Below are positions 8,196 through 17,444 of a stretch of 32,000 nt of DNA, one piece after another. A program made the position numbers and the translations under genes. The notes beneath the pieces were generated by a model. That model worked only from the letters and a program-made list of their open reading frames with translations, made no database searches and was not told the origin of the DNA. Position 1 is the first letter of the stretch. Each line of letters begins with the position of its first letter. This stretch comes from Nostoc punctiforme PCC 73102. Lineage in GTDB: Bacteria > Cyanobacteriota > Cyanobacteriia > Cyanobacteriales > Nostocaceae. The stretch covers positions 900,001 through 932,000 of the forward strand of contig NC_010628.1 in the NCBI RefSeq assembly GCF_000020025.1, given 5' to 3'.

Positions 8196-10685
8196 ATGGT
8201 AAACCGAAATAAATCTGTCAACAAGCAGCGCCAGCATTACCAATCTCTAGTAGCAACAGCATTGTTAACTGGTAGCTTTTTCCAATTTATTGCACCTGTA
8301 CTAGCTGACGGTACAGCTGGTGGTCAATCTATTAGTAACACAGCGACTGCTACCTACGAAGATCCCAACGCGCCAGGGACAACTATAAATGCCACCTCTA
8401 ATACTGTAACCGTCACTGTGGCAGAAGTTGCTGGGATCACCGTCACTGCGTCGGGTGTTACAGATAACAATGGTGGCGCTGTTGGAGTTAACGATTTACT
8501 AACTTACACCTACACCCTAACGAACGTAGGTAACGACCCCACCAAATTCCATATTCCCAACCAAGCAACGACAACCGGGCCTGGTACAGTTTCTGGTGTA
8601 CTTCCTGCTGATAAAAATGGGGTAACACCAGCTAGTGGCACACTGCAATACAGTACTGACGGTGGTGCAACTTGGACAAATGTAGCAGCAGGTGGTGTAG
8701 ATACAGCCTCAATTCCGGTTAGCGGTACTGTGTTGGTGCGTGTGCCAGTGACTGTACAAACTGGCGCTCAATCCGGTGACGTAATTAAAGTTACCCTTGG
8801 TAATACTCCTGGTGATGCCCAAAACCAACTCCGGAGTCCTGATGGTGGTGACGTTTATACTGTAGATAACGCTGATAACGCAGGTGGTGGAGAAGTTGCT
8901 GGCGCACCAGTTAACGGTACACGAGAATCTAGTATTACCCAGCAAATTCAAGTGGGTAACACTGTTAAAACCGTTGCTCTAGCCACAATACTCAAAACTC
9001 GAACAGCCTACAACGCTGGTGATGCTTCCGTACTCAATGATGACTTGCTGACTTATGGTTTAAGCTTGCGAGTTGAGAGCAATGACGTAACCAATCGGGG
9101 GCTAACACCCGCAGCTTTAGCTGGTACAAATATCAATGTAGATGGTAGTCTAGTTCCTCGCATCTTAGTTTCTGATGCACTTCCAGCATCCACAACTCTT
9201 AATGGGACTCCAACCGCTCCTTCAGGGTGGATAGTGGTTTATGCTGGCGAAGATCCTGCCACTACAACTGCCGATCAGTCTCTGTGGAAAACTGACAAAA
9301 CTCAAGTAACAGGCGGTATAGTCAAACGGGTTGGTTTTATTAACAATCCTAGCTCTATCTCTACAATTGCCACTGGCACAACTGTTACAGGCTTTACGGT
9401 GCAAGTAAAGACCACTGGAATCGCAGTAACAACACCGACAAATGTTAACAACATCGCTCAAGTGTTTGGTAAAACTGCTGGCGATCCAAATAGCCCCCTG
9501 CTCTTTGACGATTCAGGCGATCAAAACCCAGATAACATCAACCCCTCTACTGGAGCCTTTCCTACTACACCTGACATTGGTTATTATCCCACTACTCCCG
9601 GTAATGTTGACACAGGCAATAACAACCAAGGTGCTAATTCTGTTACAGGAAATGTCAACGTTTATACTGTTTCAGTCGCCCAGGCAAACTCAGTTTTAAA
9701 CGGGCCGAATAATGCACCGGATGCTACTGGCCCATCGGGTTTAACCAACGATGACTTCACTAACAAATCTTCCTTTGTTCCTCCCAACACACCGCCTGGT
9801 AGTACACTTGACCCGCAATCGGTTGGCTTCACTAATACAATTAAGAACAACGGCGCTAACCCTAACGACATCACAATAGTGCCAACCGCACCAGCAACAT
9901 TTACAGATTTGCCAAATAATACAAAGGTGACTGTTAGTTATAATAGTCAATCTGCTGTTTATACCTACAACAGTGCTACTGGTGTTTTTACCATAGCAAA
10001 CGGTAATACACCAATTAAAATCCCTGCTGTTCCTGCTGGTGGCATTGTTAATTATGGTGTAGAAGTTGACCTACCACCTGGTACGCAACTATCGACTGAT
10101 ATTGGTAAGGGCTTCCCAGTACCGATCACTGCTTTTATTGACACTGATAATAATGGTATACCGAATACTGCGGTTAATGGGGAAGCGTACAATATCTCCA
10201 TCGATCGCGTCTACACTGGCTTCTTAAAACTGTTGAAAATGTCACGAGTTCTACAAGGAAGTGGCCCAGCAGTGCAAGGGACTGATGGGACATTCAGTAT
10301 TACTCCGAAGAAGCCTGCACCAGGAAACATTATTGAGTACCAAATTCAATACACAAATATTTCTGATGCTCAATCTGGAACCGGTAACGTGATTTTGAAT
10401 GCTAACAAAGTTGTGATTACTGAAGATGGTACAGCAGGGGGCAACAACTGGGCGCTAGACAACGACAATAACACTCAAATTGATACTAGCAACATTGTTG
10501 GTTCAGCAAAGGATTCTGGGGCTTCAACTATCCAGTTCTTCAATGGTAATCCGGCTACTAACTCTAGTATCGATCAAACTGGAACCACGCTAAACAGTGA
10601 TGTCACAAAGTATGTAGATACTGCCACTGGACAGATTGCACCTGGTGTTCAAAGAACATTTACCTTCCAACGCAAGGTTAACTAG
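8196..10685 (+). CDS. Secreted multi-domain DUF11/TIGR01451-type repeat surface protein (829 aa from ATG 8196)
   Basis: Signal peptide MVNRNK...LLTGSFFQFIAPVLA|DG. N-terminal motif ISNTATATYEDPN...TSNTVTVTVAEVAGITV. DUF11-like cores LLTYTYTLTNVGNDP and PGNIIEYQIQYTNIS. T/N/G/S-rich composition. Confidence 0.8.
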   Translation: MVNRNKSVNKQRQHYQSLVATALLTGSFFQFIAPVLADGTAGGQSISNTATATYEDPNAPGTTINATSNTVTVTVAEVAGITVTASGVTDNNGGAVGVNDLLTYTYTLTNVGNDPTKFHIPNQATTTGPGTVSGVLPADKNGVTPASGTLQYSTDGGATWTNVAAGGVDTASIPVSGTVLVRVPVTVQTGAQSGDVIKVTLGNTPGDAQNQLRSPDGGDVYTVDNADNAGGGEVAGAPVNGTRESSITQQIQVGNTVKTVALATILKTRTAYNAGDASVLNDDLLTYGLSLRVESNDVTNRGLTPAALAGTNINVDGSLVPRILVSDALPASTTLNGTPTAPSGWIVVYAGEDPATTTADQSLWKTDKTQVTGGIVKRVGFINNPSSISTIATGTTVTGFTVQVKTTGIAVTTPTNVNNIAQVFGKTAGDPNSPLLFDDSGDQNPDNINPSTGAFPTTPDIGYYPTTPGNVDTGNNNQGANSVTGNVNVYTVSVAQANSVLNGPNNAPDATGPSGLTNDDFTNKSSFVPPNTPPGSTLDPQSVGFTNTIKNNGANPNDITIVPTAPATFTDLPNNTKVTVSYNSQSAVYTYNSATGVFTIANGNTPIKIPAVPAGGIVNYGVEVDLPPGTQLSTDIGKGFPVPITAFIDTDNNGIPNTAVNGEAYNISIDRVYTGFLKLLKMSRVLQGSGPAVQGTDGTFSITPKKPAPGNIIEYQIQYTNISDAQSGTGNVILNANKVVITEDGTAGGNNWALDNDNNTQIDTSNIVGSAKDSGASTIQFFNGNPATNSSIDQTGTTLNSDVTKYVDTATGQIAPGVQRTFTFQRKVN

Positions 10686-10697
10686 ATAGTTTGATTT

Positions 10698-10726
10698 CAC
10701 CCCTCTTTAATTTGCAAAGAGGGGTG
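10698..10726 (+). terminator. Strong hairpin 12 nt after the stop of the first cluster gene (terminator or attenuator)
   Basis: CACCCCTCTTT (10698-10708), loop AATTTGC, AAAGAGGGGTG (10716-10726): a perfect 11-bp stem. No clear U-tract follows. Confidence 0.5.
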
Positions 10727-10857
10727 TATAGCACATCTGTATTTGTAGCTGGTGCTTTAATCCTAAAGTGCCAACTACAAAATGATTGTTCTCCAGCGAA
10801 AACAGGGAAAGATAAATCAGCAATCGGCATTATGAAAGTTTTTTGAGGTTATTGATT

Positions 10858-11421
10858 ATGAAGCGTTTTTCTTTTGCAAGTTTAGGAGCGTTCGCACTTA
10901 TTGCTACAGTGCCATTTGTTAGTCAAGTGCCAGGAATCGCTTCTCTATGGCATTCTACCAGTGCTGTTGCCCAAAATGTCAAAACTCAAGGGCAAATACA
11001 ATTGCGCTTAGAAGCTGAGAAGCAAGTGATAGCACAGGATCAGCAGGGTAAGCAAAGTAAGACATGGCAACCTTTAAAAGGTCAAGCCGTGGTGCAACCA
11101 GGAGATGTGTTGCGATATACATTAAGTGGCGAAAATAAGAGCGATCGCCCCGTGAAGAATTTGATTCTCAATCAACCTATTCCTAAAGGAATGGTATACA
11201 TACTGAAATCTGCAATTGCCGCTAATGATACTAAAGTTACTTACAGCATTGATGGCGGACGCAGCTTTGTCGAAAATCCCACTGTTAAATTTACTCTTCC
11301 TGACGGGAAAGTGGAAACAAAACCAGCACCAGCAAATGTTTACACCCACATCCGTCTGCAAGTGTCATCAGTTCCAGCCAAGAAAACGGTTAAAGCTACT
11401 TATCAAGTCCAAGTGCGCTGA
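10858..11421 (+). CDS. Small secreted single-domain DUF11 protein (187 aa precursor)
   Basis: Signal peptide MKRFSFASLGAFALIATVPF. DUF11 core PGDVLRYTLSGENKSDRPVKNLILNQPIPKGMVYI. GAGG lies 8 nt upstream of ATG 10858. Confidence 0.75.
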   Translation: MKRFSFASLGAFALIATVPFVSQVPGIASLWHSTSAVAQNVKTQGQIQLRLEAEKQVIAQDQQGKQSKTWQPLKGQAVVQPGDVLRYTLSGENKSDRPVKNLILNQPIPKGMVYILKSAIAANDTKVTYSIDGGRSFVENPTVKFTLPDGKVETKPAPANVYTHIRLQVSSVPAKKTVKATYQVQVR

Positions 11422-11572
11422 TTCGTTATGCCTGATATCACCCGCCTGTAGAGACCTTTTTTTAAGGCAGTCAAGAGCGGAAAACAACCGTGCTTTATAA
11501 GGAGAGTCGGAGGGCATCTTCGATAGATAAACAAGTGCTTTTATTAACAAAAAAAGTGGCATTCCAGAGGAG

Positions 11573-13123
11573 ATGTGTTCAGTGAGCCATCCTCAAAAGC
11601 AAAAACAAATTACTTATAGGAGTAGCTGGTATCAAAGGTTAACAGCTACTGTTCTTCTGGGAAGTTTTTTGCAAACTACTATATCTATACCAGCGATCGC
11701 ACAACAGACTAACAATCTCGGTGCGTCTTTGCCATTAATAAATCAAGCTACTTATACTTATACAGACTCTGCTAATAATCAGAAATATGACGGAACTTCT
11801 AGTCAGCTTAATGTTACTCCTAGCCCATTATTCGATCCATTAGGGAGAATATTAGGTTGCGCTGGTACTATTTTGCCTGACTATACAGGTTTTTCAGTTG
11901 GCGTATACGAATCTAATCCTAGCGACCCAACGGGGACAGAATTAGGTGGCTTGCTTTCTTTGACTCGAACAGAGTTACCCGATATTCCTAATAACAACGT
12001 TCCTGGCGGTAAGTCGCCAAATACCGAGAATAGTAACCCCTACTTCGTTACTAATAACCCTGCGGGTGTCTACAATTTCCTACTCGATCCGAATAAGGGT
12101 CAAACCGATCCAGGTAGAACTTATATTTTTGTAGTTAATCCACCGCCAAATTCTATCTATAAGCAACGGCGGATCAAGATTGAAATCCTTGGTAGCACTG
12201 GCACACAAGGTAATAATATTGTGCGATATGTCGCTAGTTCTCTGGATGGCCAACCAATCAGCCTTACAGGTGAGACGAGGGTAGAGCAAACAGTTGTCTT
12301 AGTTCCGAATGCAGAAGTAGTAGGACTGGACTTATTAGCCTTTGAATTCAGTACAAATTTGTGCCAAGCCAATCAGTTGCAGATTGTCAAAACAGGCGAT
12401 CGCGCTACTGCTGAACCTGGGGATACGGTAATCTACCGCCTCTCAGTAAAAAATCTTGCTGATGCTGGTTTGAATAATATATTTGTCACCGACAATTTAC
12501 CTTTAGGATTCCAGTTTTTACCTAAATCTGTGCGCGGAGAGTTGGATGGCAAATCAGTTGCTATCACCTCAGAACGCAATGGAAACACAGTGACATTCCG
12601 CACAGACGTAACAATTCCTACGGAAAAAACTCTGAATATTGCTTACGCGGCTCAACTAACAGCCGATGCTGTGCGTGGTAACGGTCGCAATAGTGCGATC
12701 GTGAATGCCCAACGAGCTGATAACCGTTTTAGCACCAAGGATGGACCAGCAACGCACCAGTTAAAAATTCGTCCAGGAATCGTTTCTGATTGCGGCACGA
12801 TTATCGGTCGCGTGTTTATTGATAAAAACTTTGACGGTGAACAACAACCTGGTGAGCCTGGAGTCCCCAATGCAGTGATTTTTCTGGAGGACGGAAACCG
12901 AATCACCACAGATCCGAATGGTTTGTTCTCCTTAGCTAATGCCTTACCAGGAAGTCATACAGGCGTACTAGACCTCAGCAGTGTACCTGGTTATACCCTA
13001 GCTCCCAACCAAAAATTTCGTGAACGGAATAGCCAATCTCGCTTAGTACGTTTAGAACCTGGTGGCTTGGTACGTATGAATTTCGCTGTCACCCCCGCCT
13101 TCCAGGAGCCAGTCAAAAAATGA
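11573..13123 (+). CDS. Secreted protein with a DUF11 domain and an SdrD-B/Cna-B-like domain
   Basis: Its signal region YQRLTATVLLGSFLQTTISIPAIA is similar to that of the 8196 gene. N-terminal motif INQATYTYTDS...SSQLNVT. DUF11 core PGDTVIYRLSVKNLADAGLNNIFVTDNLPLGFQF. GRVFIDKNFDGEQQPGEPGVPNAVIFLEDGNRITTDPNGLFSL is SdrD-B-like. A GTG at 11582 is an alternative start. Confidence 0.75.
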   Translation: MCSVSHPQKQKQITYRSSWYQRLTATVLLGSFLQTTISIPAIAQQTNNLGASLPLINQATYTYTDSANNQKYDGTSSQLNVTPSPLFDPLGRILGCAGTILPDYTGFSVGVYESNPSDPTGTELGGLLSLTRTELPDIPNNNVPGGKSPNTENSNPYFVTNNPAGVYNFLLDPNKGQTDPGRTYIFVVNPPPNSIYKQRRIKIEILGSTGTQGNNIVRYVASSLDGQPISLTGETRVEQTVVLVPNAEVVGLDLLAFEFSTNLCQANQLQIVKTGDRATAEPGDTVIYRLSVKNLADAGLNNIFVTDNLPLGFQFLPKSVRGELDGKSVAITSERNGNTVTFRTDVTIPTEKTLNIAYAAQLTADAVRGNGRNSAIVNAQRADNRFSTKDGPATHQLKIRPGIVSDCGTIIGRVFIDKNFDGEQQPGEPGVPNAVIFLEDGNRITTDPNGLFSLANALPGSHTGVLDLSSVPGYTLAPNQKFRERNSQSRLVRLEPGGLVRMNFAVTPAFQEPVKK

Positions 13124-16100
13124 AACCCAGACTGCACCATACAAATATTTTCAACCTAAAGATGATGGGGGTGATGCCAATAGCTCTCAGCCTCGTTTTG
13201 TATCCTGCCATAGTTAAGGCAGAACCTACAAATGAAAATCTTTTTTCCCCCGAATCGCCTTCGCAATCAGACAAGGGTGTCGAAGATCCTGACTTTTCAA
13301 GGGATCTAGAAAACCTCTCTTTTAAAACGGGAGAGGCTTTGAATTCTCCCCCGTCTTTACAAGCTACGCTGTACACACAAGTTATCGAATTACCCCACCC
13401 TAACCCTCGCCTTGGAAAGGGGAGGGAACTAGATTTTCTTTCCACCCTTTCCAAGGGGGGATTAAGGGGGGTAAAACCCGGATCTCAAAGTAACTCCGAT
13501 TTGCGTGTACACGGTAGGTTTTTACAAGAGAAGGGGGTTAGAGGTTTGGTTTTTCCAGATGATGTGAAAAATCAGGATGAGGATCAAGCAGATCGGAATA
13601 AAGTTGCTGAAAAAAGTATGGATTCAAGTTCTCCCCATCTTTTGGGAAGTTCTGACAAGCAACTTCTACCTCTTGAACTTTCTTCAACTAATACTTCAAT
13701 TCCAGATGTTCAACCAAGTGAAACGGAAATACAAGGATTTCAACCAGCAACTTCTGTTGATTTACCCAGAGACTTAGGTAAACTAGCAGTCATCAAGAAT
13801 GAAGGACGCAAAGACACAAAAATAGAGCTTCAAACTTCTCCAAGGGAAATACAAGGATTTCAACCAGCGTTTTCTGCTCAATTACCTAGAGGGTTACGTA
13901 AAATAGCTGGAGTAATTGAGGAAAATCAGAAAATTCCCCCCACTTCCCCCATCTCCACAGGAATAAAATTCCTGATGCCAACGGCTAACAACATTGTGGA
14001 TGTTCCTGCTACCACAGTGATTGTGCAATTTCCCGTTGGAAGCACAGTAGAATTACGGTCTAATGGCGTATTAGTCGATCCTTCTTCAATTGGACGAACA
14101 GAAACCGATGCCAGTACTAACTTAGTAACGCAGACATGGTATGGTGTTTCGTTAAAAGAAGGTAATAACACCATCTCTGCACAAGTAGTAGGAGGGACAG
14201 AACCTCCTGTAACGGTTCAAGTCGTAGTCCGGGGAGCGCCACAGAAACTAACCTTAGAAACTGTTGAGTCTCGTATCCCGGCGGATGGACGTTCTACAGC
14301 TACAATCAGGGGTCAACTGATCGATGCAAGTGGTAATCGCTCTAATCGTGATGCTGTTATCACTTTGATACCTACTGCTGGGGAGTTGGTTGGGAAAGAC
14401 TTCAAACCCGATGAACCCGGATTTCAAGTAGAGGCGAAAGCGGGGCAATTTACGGCTAAGTTGCGATCGCAACTCAAAGCCCAAACTGTCACAATTCGCG
14501 CCATCGCTAATAATTTAGAAGCCTTTACTCAATTACAATTTGAAACATCACTGCGTCCGAGTTTGGTTACTGGCGTAATAGATTTACGTTTGGGCGCTAG
14601 AGGTACAGATTATTATGGTAGTTTCCGTGATTTTCTCCCGCCTGACAAAGATAACAGAACGCAATTAGATTTCCATTCAGCGATATTTGCCACTGGTGCG
14701 ATCGGAGAATGGTTGTTTACAGGCGCATACAACAGTTCTCGTAACCTCAATGAAGATTGCAACTGCGATAATCGCCTGTTTAGAACTTACCAATCTAGCG
14801 AGCAAAATTATCCTGTCTATGGCGATAGCTCGCAAGTTGATGTTGTTGCTCCTTCCATTGACAGCCTATATGTGCGTCTTGAGCGTTCAACTGGTATCCC
14901 CGGAGCCGATCCTGATTATGCCATGTGGGGTGACTACAATACAGAAGAATTTGCGCGGCGATCGCAGCAATTTACTTCTATCACCCGTCAACTCCACGGT
15001 TTTAAGGCTAACTACAACTTAGGGAATCTACAAATTACAGGTTTGTATGGCAACCACTTAGAAGCTTTCCAACGAGATACCATTGCTCCCGATGGCACTA
15101 GCGGTTATTACTTCCTCTCTCGCAGAATACTACAACCAGGTAGTGAAAATGTCTTTATTGAGTTAGAAGAACTCAATCGTCCTGGGACTGTACTAGAACG
15201 GAAACAGCTTAACCGCGGTCCAGACTATGAAATCGACTACGATCGCGGTACCTTATTGTTCCGCGAACCTATCCTTCGTACCGATATCGATCAAACCGGA
15301 CAAGTATTGGTACGCCGGATTGTTGTTAGCTATCAATATGACAGCGAAGATTCTGATAGCAATATCTATGCTGGTCGTTTGCAATATAATCTTTCCCGCA
15401 AACTTAACCAGGAAAGTTGGATAGGAGCAACTTATGTCCAAGAAAATCAGGGAGTACGTGACTTTCAACTCTACGGTGCAGATGCGCTGATTTCTTTGGG
15501 TAATCAAGGTAGATTAATTGCAGAATATGCCCATTCCACTAATGATTCTGATGTTGTAGGAAAGGTTAGTGGTGAAGCGTATCGGTTGGAAGCTGAGGGA
15601 CAAATTACTGACGGGATTCAAGGTCGTGCCTATTATCGCTTTGCCGATACAGGTTTTGCTAATAATGCCACTATCAGCTTTGTCCCAGGACAAACCCGTT
15701 ATGGAGCGCAGGTTACAGCTAAACTCAGTTCAACCACTAACGTCAGGGCTCAGTACGACCACGAAGACAATTTTGGCATTGCTCCCCAACCCTTAGATAC
15801 CTTTGAAGAACTGTTTGCACCCCGTTATGAGTCGATACCTGGTAGTAAAGTTGATAATTCCTTAACGACAATTTCCGCCGGGATTCAACAACGCTTGGGT
15901 AGTGCCATTATTGATGTGGATTGGATTCATCGTCATCGAGAAGACCGCATTCCCGACAGCGCCCTCAGTGGTACTTCGGATCAATTGCGATCGCGTTTTA
16001 CAGTTCCTATTGCTAAAAATCTGACTTTCCAAGCCCAAAATGAAATCAGTTTATCTTCCCAAAAAGATAGTGTTTACCCTGACCGTACCATCTTCGGGCT

Positions 16101-17274
16101 AAATTGGGCAGCAATTCCTGGTGTAAATATCAGTCTGGCCCAACAGTTTTACACTAGTGGTCAATATTCGGGTAATTCCATCACCAGCTTGAGTGTCAAC
16201 GGTGAACACAAACTCGGATCGGATACTACCTTGACTGGTCGTTACTCAATTTTAGGTGGTGCGAATGAAATGACTACCCAAGGGGCGATAGGTCTAAATA
16301 ACCGTTGGACTATTGCTTCGGGATTGCGGCTGAATGTTGCTTACGAACACGTATTTGGCAACTTCTTCGGACGGACTGCGGCAGGTCAACAATATGCCCA
16401 ACCCTTCGCCTTTGGTCAATCAGCATCTGCGATCGGATTTGATGGTGGCGATAGCTACAGTGTGGGTCTAGAATACAGTGATAATCCGCAGTTTCAAGCC
16501 AGTGCCCGTTACGAACATCGTTCTTCTTCTGGTGGTAGCAATACAGTAATTACCGCAGGTGCTGCGGGTAAAATTTCTCCGGCTCTCACAGCATTGGTAC
16601 GTTATCAACAAGCTGGTTCATCCAATCAAAAGCTTTCGGGATTGGGGGATACAGCTACTTTGAAGTTGGGACTAGCTTATCGCGACCCCAATAGCGATAA
16701 ATTTAATGCCTTATTGCGTTATGAATATCGCAAAAATCCATCAACTATCCCTGACACCATCCTCTTAGGTAGTGGTACAGGTTCCGAAGACCATACTTTT
16801 GCTTTGGAAGCTATTTATGCTCCTAACTGGCAATGGGAATTCTATGGTAAATATGCCTTGCGTAACAGCACTTCTTACATAGCCAGCGATTTAGCTGGTA
16901 CAAATACGGTAAATTTGGGACAATTACGCGCTACCTATCGTTTGGGATATAGCTGGGATTTAGTGGGTGAGGCTCGTGTAATTAGTCAGTCTAGTTACAG
17001 CGAAACAGGCTTTATTGTAGAAACAGGCTATTATCTCACGCCTAACCTGCGTGTTTCTGCTGGATATGTATTTGGTAAAGTTGATGACCGGGATTTCTCA
17101 GGAACACGTTCCGCAGGTGGTGCATATTTGGGTGTCAGCGTCAAACTCAATGAATTATTTGATGGCTTTGGACAGCAAAAACCAGTGCCACGTCAGCCAC
17201 AGGAATCTGCAATGAAAACTTTGGTAGGTAAACTCAAGGCCGCAACGAAGGGGATGCAAAAGCGTGAAATATAA
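13120..17274 (+). CDS. 1384-aa predicted outer-membrane protein: signal peptide, ~250-aa low-complexity linker, two Ig-like domains (the second Big_1/invasin-like), and an ~880-aa beta-barrel-like region
   Basis: The ATG overlaps the upstream stop (ATGA at 13120-13123), with AGGAG at 13104-13108. Signal MMGVMPIALSLVLYPAIVKA. IPADGRSTATIRGQLIDASGNRSNRDAVITL is Big_1-like. From about aa 480 there are alternating-hydrophobic strands with Y/G/N/D turns, ending ...AGYVFGKVDDRDF...GAYLGVSVKLNELF. Confidence 0.8.
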   Translation: MKPRLHHTNIFNLKMMGVMPIALSLVLYPAIVKAEPTNENLFSPESPSQSDKGVEDPDFSRDLENLSFKTGEALNSPPSLQATLYTQVIELPHPNPRLGKGRELDFLSTLSKGGLRGVKPGSQSNSDLRVHGRFLQEKGVRGLVFPDDVKNQDEDQADRNKVAEKSMDSSSPHLLGSSDKQLLPLELSSTNTSIPDVQPSETEIQGFQPATSVDLPRDLGKLAVIKNEGRKDTKIELQTSPREIQGFQPAFSAQLPRGLRKIAGVIEENQKIPPTSPISTGIKFLMPTANNIVDVPATTVIVQFPVGSTVELRSNGVLVDPSSIGRTETDASTNLVTQTWYGVSLKEGNNTISAQVVGGTEPPVTVQVVVRGAPQKLTLETVESRIPADGRSTATIRGQLIDASGNRSNRDAVITLIPTAGELVGKDFKPDEPGFQVEAKAGQFTAKLRSQLKAQTVTIRAIANNLEAFTQLQFETSLRPSLVTGVIDLRLGARGTDYYGSFRDFLPPDKDNRTQLDFHSAIFATGAIGEWLFTGAYNSSRNLNEDCNCDNRLFRTYQSSEQNYPVYGDSSQVDVVAPSIDSLYVRLERSTGIPGADPDYAMWGDYNTEEFARRSQQFTSITRQLHGFKANYNLGNLQITGLYGNHLEAFQRDTIAPDGTSGYYFLSRRILQPGSENVFIELEELNRPGTVLERKQLNRGPDYEIDYDRGTLLFREPILRTDIDQTGQVLVRRIVVSYQYDSEDSDSNIYAGRLQYNLSRKLNQESWIGATYVQENQGVRDFQLYGADALISLGNQGRLIAEYAHSTNDSDVVGKVSGEAYRLEAEGQITDGIQGRAYYRFADTGFANNATISFVPGQTRYGAQVTAKLSSTTNVRAQYDHEDNFGIAPQPLDTFEELFAPRYESIPGSKVDNSLTTISAGIQQRLGSAIIDVDWIHRHREDRIPDSALSGTSDQLRSRFTVPIAKNLTFQAQNEISLSSQKDSVYPDRTIFGLNWAAIPGVNISLAQQFYTSGQYSGNSITSLSVNGEHKLGSDTTLTGRYSILGGANEMTTQGAIGLNNRWTIASGLRLNVAYEHVFGNFFGRTAAGQQYAQPFAFGQSASAIGFDGGDSYSVGLEYSDNPQFQASARYEHRSSSGGSNTVITAGAAGKISPALTALVRYQQAGSSNQKLSGLGDTATLKLGLAYRDPNSDKFNALLRYEYRKNPSTIPDTILLGSGTGSEDHTFALEAIYAPNWQWEFYGKYALRNSTSYIASDLAGTNTVNLGQLRATYRLGYSWDLVGEARVISQSSYSETGFIVETGYYLTPNLRVSAGYVFGKVDDRDFSGTRSAGGAYLGVSVKLNELFDGFGQQKPVPRQPQESAMKTLVGKLKAATKGMQKREI
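13370..13511. mobile_element. MITE-like G/C-tract palindromic element embedded in-frame in the linker of the 1384-aa gene
   Basis: Terminal inverted repeats TGTACACACAA..ATCG (13370-13387) and CGATTTGCGTGTACA (13497-13511). The core CCACCCTTTCCAAGGGGGGATTAAGGGGGG...GGATCTC resembles, in reverse orientation, the core of the 153-289 element. It translates to LPHPNPRLGKGRELDFLSTLSKGGLRGVKPG. Confidence 0.5.
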
Positions 17275-17294
17275 AACGATTATTTAAAAACAAT

Positions 17295-17321
17295 ACCATT
17301 GTAAATCTGAATACAAATGGT
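17295..17321 (+). terminator. Weak A/T-rich hairpin after the 1384-aa gene
   Basis: ACCATTGTA (17295-17303) pairs with TACAAATGGT (17312-17321), with one bulge. Confidence 0.25.
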
Positions 17322-17444
17322 AGATTATCTACGATTTTGGGAAAGCTAAAGACTAAAGATTAGTTTGAGGAGAATCAGTCCTCATTGATGATTATGGTTC
17401 AGTTAATCAGCATTTTTTAAAGGTTATTTTATGGTGATTTACTA

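Noticed and set aside
13113-13454. 113-aa minus-strand ORF
   Set aside because: It lies antisense to the 1384-aa gene and is generated by the palindromic MITE-like insert. It has no independent support.
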